Positions 1 to 11,865 of a stretch of DNA of 35,770 nt are shown piece after piece. The notes under the pieces are model-generated. The model saw only the letters and a list, made by a program, of their open reading frames with translations. It did not search any database and was not told where the DNA came from. Origin of the DNA: an uncultured Candidatus Saccharibacteria bacterium (lineage in GTDB: Bacteria > Patescibacteriota > Dojkabacteria > J137); the NCBI GenBank assembly GCA_965230975.1, contig OZ246402.1, positions 1-35,770 on the forward strand, written 5' to 3'. Each line of letters begins with the position of its first letter. The first letter of the stretch is position 1. The position numbers and the translations under genes are program-made.

Positions 1-1000
1 TCTGAGTTCGATTGGCTTATAACCTCTAATCACCGCTCATCAGATAGATTCGTAATTCTAACCTGTTCGGACCTCCATTTCTATTTCTAGAAACTTCATC
101 CTGGCTATGATTAGGTCACTCAGCTTCGGGTCCATTTGTTTAAATCATAGACGCCCAAATTTAGACTCGGTTTCCCTATGGCTACACCACTTAGTGGCTT
201 AACCAAACTTAAACAAATGACTCGGTGGCTCATTCTTCAATAGGCACGCGGATAAACCTTATAGGATGAGAGTGCTTCAACTGTATTGCTACAGCGTCCA
301 CACAGACATTGACCTATTAGACGTTCTTCCACTGATTGTTGGCATATGGTTTCAGGTTCTATTTCACTCCCCTAACAGGGGGACTTTTCACCTTTCCCTC
401 GCGGTACTAGTTCACTATCGGTCTCAAAAAGTATTTAGTCTTGGGTTAATGGTTAACCCGACTTCCTACCGAATTACTCCTAGACGGTAGTACTTAGGAA
501 AACTTCCATGGAGACCCTATACCTTTCATCTACGGGACTATTACCCTCTACGGTGATTCTTTCCAGAATTCTTCTACTAGATATTGAGTTTTGTAACTCC
601 ATCTTCTACTTTGTGGCGTAAAAATAAAGTTCCCTTTAACACCTAAACTATCATGACCCCTACAAGGGCGAACGACCAATCTCACCTACAACGCAGGTTC
701 AAAAGGCCATTCAGATAGTATGGTTTAGACTTCTCCCATTTCGCTCGCCGCTACTTTGAGAATTTTTTCTTTTCCTCCGGTTACTAAGATGGTTCAGTTC
801 ACCGGCTTACCTTCGCTATGCATATTTTATTTTGCATAGGATTCTATCCCAAACGGATAGAGAGTTTCCTCATTCGGACACCCTTGGATAATAACGTTTA
901 TTTAACAACTCTCCAAGGCATATCGCAGTTTATTGCGTCCTTCATAGGCTTTTTGAGCCAAGGCATCCACCATACGCCGATATTAGCTTTTATCTTGATT
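1..1000 (-). rRNA. rrl: 23S rRNA, 5' ~1 kb (truncated by the left window edge)
   Basis: Conserved 23S 5' motifs lie on the minus strand. Revcomp of 962-971 is GGTGGATGCC and revcomp of 740-755 is AGTAGCGGCGAGCGAA. The gene follows 16S and the Ile/Ala spacer tRNAs in the usual operon order. The 5' end is estimated to within about 15 nt. Confidence 0.9.
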
Positions 1001-1168
1001 ATTGACTATGAATTAATGTGCTAGTTGCATTATATATATATCCTATTTTCAAGGATAACAGTAATGCACTCGTTCATTAATCTATTTCTATCCAATTTTT
1101 AAAGAACAATAGTTTTTTAAACTAAGAATCTTTGAAATTCAAAGACTCTATTACATAAAAAACTACTA

Positions 1169-1241
1169 TGGACCTGAGGAGATTCGAACTCCTGACCTCC
1201 TCATTGCAAATGAGGCGCTCTACCAACTAAGCTACAGGCCC
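1169..1241 (-). tRNA. tRNA-Ala (anticodon UGC)
   Basis: The revcomp starts GGGCCUGUAGCUUAGUUGG. The acceptor stem GGGCCUG/CAGGUCC contains the G3:U70 alanine identity pair. The anticodon loop is UUUGCAA and the T arm is GGAGTTCGAATCTCC. It sits in the 16S-23S spacer. Confidence 0.95.
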
Positions 1242-1255
1242 TTATTCGCTTTCTA

Positions 1256-1333
1256 TGGTGGGCGTGCCTAGAATCGAACCAGGGACCTCAGTCTTATCAG
1301 GACTGCGCTCTAACCATCTGAGCTACACGCCCT
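1256..1333 (-). tRNA. tRNA-Ile (anticodon GAU), CCA encoded
   Basis: The revcomp reads GGGCGTGTAGCTCAGATGGTTAGAGCGCAGTCCTGATAAGACTGAGGTCCCTGGTTCGATTCTAGGCACGCCCACCA. The anticodon loop is CUGAUAA. This is the typical spacer tRNA position. Confidence 0.95.
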
Positions 1334-1557
1334 CTTGGTAAAAAGCGTAGCTAAAAAACTAAAATTGTTAAAAGAGCTAAGCTCATTTTAAAACTTAAAA
1401 GCAAAGAGTATGTAAAGTTACTTAAGAGAGAGCTTTAAGTTAAGTTTCGATTAGAAAATAACTTAAAGTAGAAATGTTTCAAGATCGTGACCTTGAAACT
1501 TAAATGAATTTTAGTTCAAGCGCTAAACATTGCTTAATACTAAAATTTAACTCCTTA

Positions 1558-3075
<1,518 letters not shown>

Positions 3076-3344
3076 AGATTTACTTTACTAGTTCCGGGGG
3101 GAACTAATAAAAATGTTTATCTCTGTATTTAAACAGAGTTTAGAATCTTTTAAATTTTTTTGATCTAGAGTATCAAAAAATCAAAGAAAATTAACGTAAC
3201 TTATCACTTTGTAGTTTTTAAAGAAACCTAAGTATTTTGCGCAAAAAGAAAAACCCTTTAATTAAAGAGTCTTTTATTTTGTTAATCGCAAACTTCTTGG
3301 AAACTTCTGGATTCCTATTGGATAATCTCAGAAAAGGTAAGGTG

Positions 3345-3373
3345 ATTATATAATCGATTTATTCTTTTTGCAA
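3345..3373 (-). promoter_or_regulatory. Candidate sigma70-type promoter for the rRNA operon
   Basis: The minus strand reads TTGCAA, a 17-nt spacer, then TATAAT. The -35 is at 3368-3373 and the -10 at 3345-3350. The site is ~270 nt upstream of the 16S 5' end. Such matches are common in AT-rich DNA. Confidence 0.4.
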
Positions 3374-3391
3374 GTATATTTTACCAATAAT

Positions 3392-3799
3392 TTAACTTAT
3401 TATTTGGTATTTAGAATTTCTTGTAGAGCCAACCTGTTTAATCAAACCGCTCTTTTCTAGTTTTTGCATATCTCTTCTTAAAGTTCTTTCAGAAACATCT
3501 TTAAATCTTTCTGCTATGTCTTTAATTTCAAAGGCCTCTTTTTGCATACTTTTAATAAACTTTTCCATTTCAGACTGCCTGTCAGATATAGTCTCGGAGA
3601 CATCTTTAGCAAGTTTTTCAACTTCAGACTTTTGTTTTCTTACAACCTTAGCAACTATCTTAGCCTCTTTTTGTAGGTCATCTTTAATATTTTCTAACGA
3701 TTGCTTGTTATCCTTATGTAAATAAAGATAAACAATATATAACCAACCTAAAAATATAAAAAACAATGCCAACAATACTAATTTAAACAAAACTTTCAT
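3392..3799 (-). CDS. Membrane-anchored coiled-coil protein with C-terminal DeoR-like winged-HTH
   Basis: 135 aa. There is an N-terminal TM helix (FKLVLLALFFIFLGWLYIVYLYL) and a charged coiled-coil middle. The C-terminus DVSERTLRRDMQKLEKSGLIKQVGSTRNSKYQI resembles the DeoR/wHTH signature (VSxxTxRRDxxxLExxGxI). Confidence 0.6.
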   Translation of the reverse strand: MKVLFKLVLLALFFIFLGWLYIVYLYLHKDNKQSLENIKDDLQKEAKIVAKVVRKQKSEVEKLAKDVSETISDRQSEMEKFIKSMQKEAFEIKDIAERFKDVSERTLRRDMQKLEKSGLIKQVGSTRNSKYQIIS

Positions 3800-3853
3800 A
3801 TTTAATTATTTAACTAAATTATTATGCAACTTTAAATAACTTAGTTCAAGATT

Positions 3854-6433
3854 TTATAATTTCAATTCGGACATACTACCCCAACGGTCCCCCACTCTTA
3901 AATCTACGTCATACTTAACTCCAATGTCTTTAACATTTAGCATTATCTCTTTCACCTGATTAGCAAATCCAGAAATATCTGCATCTTTAGGTAATTCAAA
4001 CAAGAACTCATCATGAACTTGCAATAGAAGTTTAGCACTATACTTTTTAAGGGCTTCTGAAAAATTAGTCATACAAAGCTTCATTAAGTCTGCTGCAGAA
4101 CCTTGAATGATAAAATTAAATAATTCCCGCTCTGCTGCAGATTGAAGCATTTTATTGCTAGAATTAATATTTAATTCTTCCCGCTTTCTACCCATGATTG
4201 TTTGGGTATAGCCAGTTTTCTTTGCATTATCTAAAACCAAATCCATGTACTTTTTTATATTTGGATATTTTTTATAGTATTTATCTATAAACATTGCGGC
4301 AGTTGCCCTATCAATACCTAGCCTTTCAGATAAGGCGAATGCAGAGATTCCATAAATAACCGAAAAGTTAATTGTTTTTCCAACCCCTCTTTGCTCTTTA
4401 GTTACAGATTCTATTGGGATATTAAAAAGTTCTGAGGCTGTAATCTTATGAATATCTTCACCTTGATTAAAGGCGTTTAGCATAGTTTCTTCTTGGGCAA
4501 CTGCCGCAAGTATTCTTAATTCTTGTTGGGAGTAATCTACCCCTACAAAAGTTTTATCTTTTGACGATATAAATAAGTCTCGAATATTAATCCCGTCTAT
4601 CAACCCTTTTGGAATATTTTGCATGTTTGGATTTTTAGAAGAGAACCTTCCGGATATTGCTCCAAATTGATCAAAAGTTGCATGAACTTTTCCTGTTTTT
4701 GCATAAACATAATCTGGCAAAGATTCTAAATAAGTACTTCTTATCTTTTCTAAACCCCTATACCCTAAAATCATATCTATTAAAGGGTCTATACCTTTCA
4801 TTTGTACCAAAGCTGCCTCATTTGTACTTTGACCACCCGATTTTGTTTTTTTAGGAGACCTTAAACCCCTTTCTTGAAACAAGATAGAACTAAGTTGTTT
4901 AGGAGAGTTAATATTAAATTCATGGCCGACCTCTTTATAAATTTGCTGTACATAAGATTGAATACTTTTAACTATAACCTCTTTATCTTTTTGCAGTTGA
5001 TTTACATCTAACAAAATACCTTCTCTTTCCATTTCAATAACAACATTTATAACAGATCTTTCTATTTGATAAAGACTATCAATTTCTGCTGAATTTGTTA
5101 GTAAGTCCTTTAGCTTATTTAGTGAAAGCAACATTGATACAGAATTGTTTGAATATTTTATACTATAAAGATCTAATATATTTTTTAAAGAGTAATTACA
5201 CTTACCCTTAGACATTAACACAGCTAAGATTCCCAAATCCTCAAACTGATTGATATCAATTTCTAGATTGTTGTTTAGAAAGCAATTTAAAATCTTCTTT
5301 AAATCAAAAACATAGAATTTTTTATTTTTTATCTCTTTAGAAAATTGAACCAAATCATTAATCGAAAGCGTATAAATTTTCCCAGCAGATAAAATGAATA
5401 CCTTTACAAAATCAATATCTAAAGAATTTTGACCTTCTTTAAATTCACAATAAATAAATGACTCATCAGCCAAGTCGCTACCTTTTGTCCAAGGTATAAT
5501 ATCTATCAGGTCATCCTCAACCAAAGATTCCTCGTTAACACTTGCCATGCTGTAAGCATTAACCAATGTATCTAATCTTACCGTTAGCGACTTGAATCTT
5601 AATTCTTCAAAATAGTCTTTTAAGTGACCTGCGCTAAATGTTGGGAAAAAACACTTCTCAAATTCAAAAACAATTGGAACTTCTTTAACAACAGTAGCCA
5701 AGTTTTTAGACATTATTGCAGTTTCATAATTTTCTAAAAGTTTATTTTTGTATCTAGGTAAAACATCTTCTATATTTTTATAAATATTATCTAAAGTTTC
5801 ATATTTATTTAACAACTCAACAGCACTTTTAGGGCCAATTCCAGCAACACCTGGGATATTATCAGATGGATCACCACTCAGCCCCTTGTAGTCGGGTATT
5901 TGGTTTGGGGTTACGCCCATTTTTTCTTTAACCATTTCAAAGTTGTAAAGCTTTGATTGAGAAAATGAAGAACCCGCAAGATATACAAAAGTATCTTCGT
6001 CAACTAATTGAAAAAGATCTTTATCACCCGTTACAACAATTGTTTTTGCCCACTTTCCAGAATGAATGTTGTCTATTGTTGCAATAACATCGTCCGCTTC
6101 GTAACCATCTACAGAAAGTATTGGTATATCAAATCTATCTAGTAGCTCTTTAACTTTTGGAATTTGAATACTAAAGCCTTCCGGAGTCTCTTTTCTGTTT
6201 GCTTTATATTGAGTGTAATCTTGAGACCTTATTGTTGGCTTGTCAGAATCCATAATTGCAATGACATGCGTTGGTTTAAACTTAAGTAAAACCTCTAACA
6301 ACAAGCTTGCAAAACCATATACTGCATTAATTTGTACGCCATTTTTATCTGTAAGTGTTGGGGGAAATGCGTAAAATGCTCTAAATATTAAAGCGTAGGA
6401 ATCTATTAATAATAATGTTTTTTCTTCTTTCAT
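3854..6433 (-). CDS. polA: DNA polymerase I
   Basis: 859 aa. The N-terminal 5'-3' exonuclease/FEN domain includes GDKDLFQLV and the GVAGIGPKSA helix-hairpin-helix. Polymerase motif A is VDYSQQELRILA, motif B is GKTINFSVIYG and motif C is LQVHDEFLFE. Confidence 0.95.
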   Translation of the reverse strand: MKEEKTLLLIDSYALIFRAFYAFPPTLTDKNGVQINAVYGFASLLLEVLLKFKPTHVIAIMDSDKPTIRSQDYTQYKANRKETPEGFSIQIPKVKELLDRFDIPILSVDGYEADDVIATIDNIHSGKWAKTIVVTGDKDLFQLVDEDTFVYLAGSSFSQSKLYNFEMVKEKMGVTPNQIPDYKGLSGDPSDNIPGVAGIGPKSAVELLNKYETLDNIYKNIEDVLPRYKNKLLENYETAIMSKNLATVVKEVPIVFEFEKCFFPTFSAGHLKDYFEELRFKSLTVRLDTLVNAYSMASVNEESLVEDDLIDIIPWTKGSDLADESFIYCEFKEGQNSLDIDFVKVFILSAGKIYTLSINDLVQFSKEIKNKKFYVFDLKKILNCFLNNNLEIDINQFEDLGILAVLMSKGKCNYSLKNILDLYSIKYSNNSVSMLLSLNKLKDLLTNSAEIDSLYQIERSVINVVIEMEREGILLDVNQLQKDKEVIVKSIQSYVQQIYKEVGHEFNINSPKQLSSILFQERGLRSPKKTKSGGQSTNEAALVQMKGIDPLIDMILGYRGLEKIRSTYLESLPDYVYAKTGKVHATFDQFGAISGRFSSKNPNMQNIPKGLIDGINIRDLFISSKDKTFVGVDYSQQELRILAAVAQEETMLNAFNQGEDIHKITASELFNIPIESVTKEQRGVGKTINFSVIYGISAFALSERLGIDRATAAMFIDKYYKKYPNIKKYMDLVLDNAKKTGYTQTIMGRKREELNINSSNKMLQSAAERELFNFIIQGSAADLMKLCMTNFSEALKKYSAKLLLQVHDEFLFELPKDADISGFANQVKEIMLNVKDIGVKYDVDLRVGDRWGSMSELKL

Positions 6434-6535
6434 TTTTTAATTATATTATTGATATACCTATTTGGCGAGAATTTAATTATTTTTATAAAGCCAAGAGACT
6501 AGATTACGACTAAGTTATTGATAAATAGTGACTGT

Positions 6536-7396
6536 TTAGAAGTACGAAGCCGTGAGTTGCCCAACAATGTGAACATCCTGCTTTAATCTTCCATTTACCC
6601 TTAGCCCCAAATTATACTTGTTTGTAAGCAAGAAACCCTCTTCTAAAAAGAGATCCATCCACTTTTCCCAAGGTTTCCATTGCCCCGTCCACTGCATATG
6701 GGGAATATTTACATTAATTATCCAATCGTTAATTTTTATAAACTGTAATCTCTGACTTGGTGTTAAAGAATAAAACTTTGAAGTTAAATCAAAATTAGTC
6801 ATTATTGATAATTTATTATTATTTTCTACCAAACTACCTACATTTACACTATTCTCAAAAGACTCCTCCCATAATAATAATATACCTCCAGGTTTTAACA
6901 CTCGTTTAAATGTTTTAATGTGCGATTTTATTAACGATTCACTTTTAAAGTGGTGCAAAACAAACTCCAGGTTAATAAAATCGCACGAGTGGCTTTCTAT
7001 TGGGTAATCGAAAGAATCTTGAGATATTTGAATATAGTTACTCTTTTCAGGGTATCTGAATACTCTACTTTGAGGGACAACATCTATTGCAGTAAATAAC
7101 TTTATGTTTGGATATTTTCTAGCGACCTCATTTATTCTAGCCAAATTATTAGCTCCAACATCTACAAAATGATTTACTTTTGATAAATCAAAAAGATCTA
7201 TTAATGAAACTTCTTTTCGAGTTTTTGAAGTTTCAAGATTTGTGGTATCAAACACTTTTGCAACATTCTGTCTTAAAAAATCTGAGGCAACCAAACCCTT
7301 ATTTTCCCAAATATACTCCACCATATTTAAACCCACTTGTCCGCTAACGCCATATTCTTGAAAGTTTAAATAGTAAAATTCTTTTAACGGATTCAT
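6536..7396 (-). CDS. Class I SAM-dependent methyltransferase (substrate unknown)
   Basis: 286 aa. The motif I-like sequence is FVDVGANNLARI. An acidic residue ends beta-2 (FTAIDVV). The post-II/III-like sequence is LKPGGILLLWEE. Confidence 0.65.
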   Translation of the reverse strand: MNPLKEFYYLNFQEYGVSGQVGLNMVEYIWENKGLVASDFLRQNVAKVFDTTNLETSKTRKEVSLIDLFDLSKVNHFVDVGANNLARINEVARKYPNIKLFTAIDVVPQSRVFRYPEKSNYIQISQDSFDYPIESHSCDFINLEFVLHHFKSESLIKSHIKTFKRVLKPGGILLLWEESFENSVNVGSLVENNNKLSIMTNFDLTSKFYSLTPSQRLQFIKINDWIINVNIPHMQWTGQWKPWEKWMDLFLEEGFLLTNKYNLGLRVNGRLKQDVHIVGQLTASYF

Positions 7397-7551
7397 AATT
7401 TCTTAGAAAACCAATTTAAATTTTACAATTCAAATTAAGCTGGTTTAAGATTACAAGTTACTTTTAACTAATTGAAAAATCGAAAGCTAAATTATCAAAA
7501 TATATTACCAAATGATAGTCATTTCTAGGAGAAATAAGTCAAGATTATACT

Positions 7552-8259
7552 TTATTTAACATTTACATTAATAGTACCACTAGCAGATGTTACAATAATC
7601 TGATCAGAGCCACTCCATTCAAATTTAAATGTTTCTTCATTTTCATATTCACTTGGAGATACAACTTGTTTAAATGACTTAGTAGCAAAATTATAACTCC
7701 ATAATCCTCCATTTCTAGCATATTCTTTATTAAGTTCAGACATAAAATCTTCACACTCTGTACCAATAAGATCTTGGGGGCAACCTGTACCAATCATAGT
7801 AAAGAATATAAGTACAACCTCTTTATTTGGAGCAAAGCTGTACGATATTGGGATAGATATACTGGATTTTGGGAAATCTATTTTTGCAAGTAAAGAACCT
7901 CCATTTTCTAAGCTAAAAACCTCTAAACTACTATCTTTAAAAGATAGGTCAGAATTATAATTTTTAGAGTAAAGCACGTAATTTTGTATGCGACCGCTTG
8001 TATAATCTATATTTTTTAATGCAAAAAATTTATTTTGAGCTTTTAAAGTCTCTACTTCAGAATCAACACTAACTACTGCCTCTGAATTAATATAGCTTAC
8101 TGGAATTTCTGTATTAGTTTCTATAATATTTGTTCCAGTATTTACAATAGGATTATTCTGAGGCTTATTATTTAGTTGAAGAAATACAAGAATTGATATA
8201 CCGCTGATTACAAAAATTAAAACCACTATTGCTATAACTGCTGCTATTTTTTTATTCAT
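7552..8259 (-). CDS. Hypothetical membrane-anchored extracytoplasmic protein
   Basis: 235 aa. It has an N-terminal signal-anchor (IAAVIAIVVLIFVISGISILVFL). The rest is beta-rich with no recognisable motif. Confidence 0.55.
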   Translation of the reverse strand: MNKKIAAVIAIVVLIFVISGISILVFLQLNNKPQNNPIVNTGTNIIETNTEIPVSYINSEAVVSVDSEVETLKAQNKFFALKNIDYTSGRIQNYVLYSKNYNSDLSFKDSSLEVFSLENGGSLLAKIDFPKSSISIPISYSFAPNKEVVLIFFTMIGTGCPQDLIGTECEDFMSELNKEYARNGGLWSYNFATKSFKQVVSPSEYENEETFKFEWSGSDQIIVTSASGTINVNVK

Positions 8260-8425
8260 ATATTTAGGATTAATATTACTTATATAGGATATATAATTTT
8301 GGATCTGAGCACAATGGAAACAAATTTAGTTCTCCAAGAAGCAGAGACAGAAGGTGATGAAGAAATGTAAAAAACTATACTTAAATAGTTATTTAATTTG
8401 TTAAACTCAAGCAACTAGCACTTAA

Positions 8426-8458
8426 CATAAAAACGCCCCCGATGTATCGGGGGCGTTT
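8426..8458 (-). terminator. Rho-independent terminator downstream of ftsH
   Basis: A perfect GC-rich hairpin pairs ACGCCCCCGA (8433-8442) with TCGGGGGCGT (8447-8456) around loop TGTA. On the minus strand it is followed by TTTTTAT. It lies 20 nt past the ftsH stop. Confidence 0.75.
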
Positions 8459-8478
8459 AAAGTTATGTTTACAAAGCA

Positions 8479-10824
8479 TTAAAACAACATTTCAAACTCC
8501 TCTTTACCCAAAACCTCTTTTTCTAGAAGAGCTTTGGCAACCAAATCTAACTTCTCCCTTTTTTCTTGTAAAATTTTAACCGCATTTTGATAAGCCAAAT
8601 CAACAATCTCTTTAACCTCTTTATCTATCTCTTCTGCAGTTTTATCAGAGAACTCTTTAGATGAAGAGTAAGCATAACCTAAGTACTCATTTTCTTCAAA
8701 GTCACCATACTGAACCAATCCTAGCTTTTTACTCATTCCAAATTTTTGCACCATTCTTCTTGCAACAGCAGTTGCTTTTTCAATATCGTTGGAAGCACCT
8801 GTAGATATGTCATCTAGCGCAACTTCTTCTGCTGCCCTTCCACCTAAACTGACAGTAATGTCTGCAATAAGCTTACTTTTAGACATTATATATTCATCAT
8901 TTTCAGGTAAGAACATAGTTACCCCACCAGAGTTACCCCTAGACACAATTGAAATTCTATCTACAGGAGTTGAATTTGGCGTATATTTTGCAACAACAGC
9001 ATGACCTGCCTCGTGATAAGCGACTAATTGTAATTCTTTTTCTGTTCGCTTTCTTGATTTCTTTGCTGGGCCTAAAACCACTTTTGAAACAGCCTCATCT
9101 ATATCGTGCATGTTAATTTCTTTGTTGCCCGCTTTAGCTGCAATTATTGCAGCTTCATTTAAAATATTTTCTAAATCTGCACCAGAAAATCCAACTGTTC
9201 TTTTTGCAATCTTATTTAGATCTACACTAGCAGCAAAAGGTTTGTTTTTACCATGTATTTCTAAGATTTGCTTTCTACCCTCTGCATCTGGCAATTCAAT
9301 TCTAACCTGTCTATCAAACCTACCAGGTCTTAAAATTGCTGGGTCTAATACATCTGGTCTATTAGTTGCAGCTATAACAATTAAGTTTGTATTCTTTTCA
9401 AAACCATCCATTTCTACCAAAATTTGGTTTAATGTTTGCTCTGTTGTTCCAGATTGAATTCTAGTGCCTCTTTTTCTGGCTACAGCATCGATTTCATCTA
9501 TAAATATTAAAGAAGGGGCTGCTTTTTTAGCTTTTGCAAAAAGATCTCTAACTCTTGATGCACCTGCTCCAACTAACATCTCTTCAAATTCAGAACCTGA
9601 TGTGTGAAAGAATGGAACAGCTGCCTCACCTGCGATTGCCCTTGCAAGTAAAGTTTTACCTGTTCCGGGTGCACCAACCATTAAAATTCCCTTAGGGATT
9701 CTTGCTCCTAATTTTCTGTACTTATTTGGATCTCTTAAAAAGTCTACAATCTCGTTAAGTTCATCTCGTGCTTCATCTATTCCAGCAACATCTTTAAATG
9801 TCGTTTCTGTTTTTGAACCAAAAAATACTTTAGCTCTAGATTGGCCAAATTGAGAGATTCCCATGCCAGAAGATTGTGCACCTCTAAATATTATATATCC
9901 TAATACTACAAAACCAACTAAAGTAATAACCGTTAATATTTGGTCTATTGATATACCAGAAGGCACATTTGTTGGGATGATTTGTACATTATCTTGAGTT
10001 AAAGATATACCTTCTGCTTGTAGTAAGTCTGTAAATGAATAAACTCTTGGGTCCCAATCTATGTATGATTTTTCAACATTTTCAGGTTTGATTTCTGAGA
10101 TTAGTGTATTATCTAAAACCCAAACTGACGCTATTTGTGAAGTTTTCAATCTTGATTCTAGTGAATCTAATTCAACCTCTTGGGCAGTACTTTTTAATCT
10201 AACAGTGTTAATTCCATACATTGAAAGATTAATATTGTTTGATTTTAATGTTTCAGAAAATTCTGCATCTGAAGTATCTTTAATAATTAGATCTGTATTT
10301 GGAAGGTTCCTTTTAACAATTACAAAGTTAGAACCTATTACTACCTCTCTGATGGATTCACCCCTATTGAAAATTGATTTTACTTGATCTAAAACACTTT
10401 GATTATTTAAGGTAGCTATAAACTCTTGTAAAGTTATGTCTGTTAAGTTTCTATTTACACTAGATTCAAATGACTCATCTGTAGTGCTTAAAAGGTAAGA
10501 TTTGCCAATAACGCTTACTCTCGAGTCATTTTGGATTAAAACCTGGCTGTATTCGTTATTTTTGATACCTGAAACAATTTTATCTAACGAAGTTTTATTG
10601 GTAAAAACATCTCTATTGAATAAGCCGAAAATTACAAAAAATAACACTAACGCTGTTACCAAGTAAATTAGTGGGTTAACTTTAAAAATGTAGGACTTTG
10701 TGCCTTTTTGTGCTTTTGGGTTAGAACCAATTCTTTTAATTAGTTCTGTAGAAAAATCTTCTAAGTCCTGCTTTTTAGTAGCTGCAAGATTTTTAGGTTT
10801 CTTTGAATTTGATTTTGAATCCAT
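8479..10824 (-). CDS. ftsH: ATP-dependent zinc metalloprotease FtsH with an enlarged extracytoplasmic domain
   Basis: 781 aa. Walker A is GAPGTGKT and Walker B is LIFIDEIDA. The SRH is [19 protein letters not shown] and the zinc site is HEAGHA. The two TM helices (~aa 55-75 and ~aa 297-315) are separated by ~220 aa. Confidence 0.95.
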   Translation of the reverse strand: MDSKSNSKKPKNLAATKKQDLEDFSTELIKRIGSNPKAQKGTKSYIFKVNPLIYLVTALVLFFVIFGLFNRDVFTNKTSLDKIVSGIKNNEYSQVLIQNDSRVSVIGKSYLLSTTDESFESSVNRNLTDITLQEFIATLNNQSVLDQVKSIFNRGESIREVVIGSNFVIVKRNLPNTDLIIKDTSDAEFSETLKSNNINLSMYGINTVRLKSTAQEVELDSLESRLKTSQIASVWVLDNTLISEIKPENVEKSYIDWDPRVYSFTDLLQAEGISLTQDNVQIIPTNVPSGISIDQILTVITLVGFVVLGYIIFRGAQSSGMGISQFGQSRAKVFFGSKTETTFKDVAGIDEARDELNEIVDFLRDPNKYRKLGARIPKGILMVGAPGTGKTLLARAIAGEAAVPFFHTSGSEFEEMLVGAGASRVRDLFAKAKKAAPSLIFIDEIDAVARKRGTRIQSGTTEQTLNQILVEMDGFEKNTNLIVIAATNRPDVLDPAILRPGRFDRQVRIELPDAEGRKQILEIHGKNKPFAASVDLNKIAKRTVGFSGADLENILNEAAIIAAKAGNKEINMHDIDEAVSKVVLGPAKKSRKRTEKELQLVAYHEAGHAVVAKYTPNSTPVDRISIVSRGNSGGVTMFLPENDEYIMSKSKLIADITVSLGGRAAEEVALDDISTGASNDIEKATAVARRMVQKFGMSKKLGLVQYGDFEENEYLGYAYSSSKEFSDKTAEEIDKEVKEIVDLAYQNAVKILQEKREKLDLVAKALLEKEVLGKEEFEMLF

Positions 10825-10980
10825 ATTTTTAATTTAAATTTTTAGTAATTGAGATACTTAAGTAATATTTAGCAGAATTAATTAGTTTATTATATATTTT
10901 TATTTATACAAACTAAATATTATCACGCTTTTATAGAATAGTGTTGAAAGGTTTATTAACAAGCACTACGTTTGATTTTA

Positions 10981-11054
10981 TAGCAAAGGAGGGGATCGAA
11001 CCCTCGACCTCAGGTTTATGAATCCTGTGCTCTAACCAACTGAGCTACTTTGCT
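10981..11054 (-). tRNA. tRNA with CAU anticodon (elongator Met, or Ile2 if lysidine-modified)
   Basis: The revcomp reads AGCAAAGTAGCTCAGTTGGTTAGAGCACAGGATTCATAAACCTGAGGTCGAGGGTTCGATCCCCTCCTTTGCTA. The anticodon loop is UUCAUAA. A paired 1:72 (A:U) argues against an initiator. Met cannot be separated from Ile2 by eye. Confidence 0.85.
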
Positions 11055-11151
11055 TTGTTGCTACAACAATTTATGTGCTTGTAATTGTAGCAAATATATA
11101 CCCTTTCTTAGAAGAGAAATATTGTTTATATTACAATATAGATTTTAAATC

Positions 11152-11181
11152 AAAAGGCCTAACATACATGTTAGGCCTTTT
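11152..11181 (-). terminator. Hairpin terminator abutting the 3' end of tRNA-fMet
   Basis: A 13-bp perfect stem pairs AAAAGGCCTAACA with TGTTAGGCCTTTT around loop TACA. On the minus strand it is followed by a T-rich tract (TTTTGATTT). Confidence 0.6.
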
Positions 11182-11255
11182 GGTTGCGGGGGTCCGATTC
11201 GAACGGACGACCTTCAGGTTATGAGCCTGACGAGCTGCCACTGCTCTACCCCGCG
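11181..11255 (-). tRNA. Initiator tRNA-fMet (CAU), CCA encoded
   Basis: The revcomp reads CGCGGGGTAGAGCAGTGGCAGCTCGTCAGGCTCATAACCTGAAGGTCGTCCGTTCGAATCGGACCCCCGCAACCA. It is nearly identical in layout to E. coli tRNA-fMet and has the diagnostic C1xA72 mismatch. The anticodon loop is CUCAUAA. Confidence 0.92.
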
Positions 11256-11352
11256 ATATTAATTTGTTAAACGTCAATTTGAATGCTGGTTATTATACCT
11301 CTAAACTTTGGTTTTTAAAAGATAGGTAATAAGATTAGAGTATGATACCAGT

Positions 11353-11862
11353 TTAGAGCTTAATTGATTCTGCAATAGTCAATATCATTTTGTGAGACCA
11401 ATAAGCTGTACTATATAAGTTATTTTTGGCAAAATTTTCTAAATCATCAATTTTTACCCATTGCACTTGAGCGACTTCTGCAATATCAAATTCAAAACTT
11501 GTTAAATCTACAATTGCATAATAACAATAAAAGAACCTTGATTCTCTATCATTTATGTCTAAGTGCTTATTAAAAAATTTAAGCCCAACATGGACACCTA
11601 ATTCTTCAAACAATTCTCTTTTAGCTGCCTGTGTAATATTTTCACCGGAAAGAATATGTCCGGCTGCAGAGATATCCCACCAACCAGGAGCAACTTTTTT
11701 ACTTAAACTTCTTTGAGCAAGGAGAATTTCCTTATTTTTATTGTAAAGGAAAATTGCAACTTCTCTATGAAAGTTTGTGTTGCTTGAATGAATCTCTTTT
11801 CGATGCATTTGTCCTATTACTGAATCTTGATTGTCCACAAGATCTAAAACTTCATGTATCAT
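11353..11862 (-). CDS. NUDIX-family hydrolase, Idi (type-1 IPP isomerase)-like
   Basis: 169 aa. The Nudix box is GHILSGENITQAAKRELFEELGV. RSLSKKVAPGWWDISAAGHI parallels E. coli Idi [20 protein letters not shown], but the catalytic Cys is Ala here. Confidence 0.75.
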   Translation of the reverse strand: MIHEVLDLVDNQDSVIGQMHRKEIHSSNTNFHREVAIFLYNKNKEILLAQRSLSKKVAPGWWDISAAGHILSGENITQAAKRELFEELGVHVGLKFFNKHLDINDRESRFFYCYYAIVDLTSFEFDIAEVAQVQWVKIDDLENFAKNNLYSTAYWSHKMILTIAESIKL

Positions 11863-11865
11863 GTT

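Noticed and set aside
8314-8370. An 18-aa mini-ORF (METNLVLQEAETEGDEEM) between the 7552-8259 gene and the ftsH terminator
   Set aside because: It is too short, has no obvious RBS or conservation evidence, and lies on the opposite strand to all neighbours. It cannot be supported from sequence alone.
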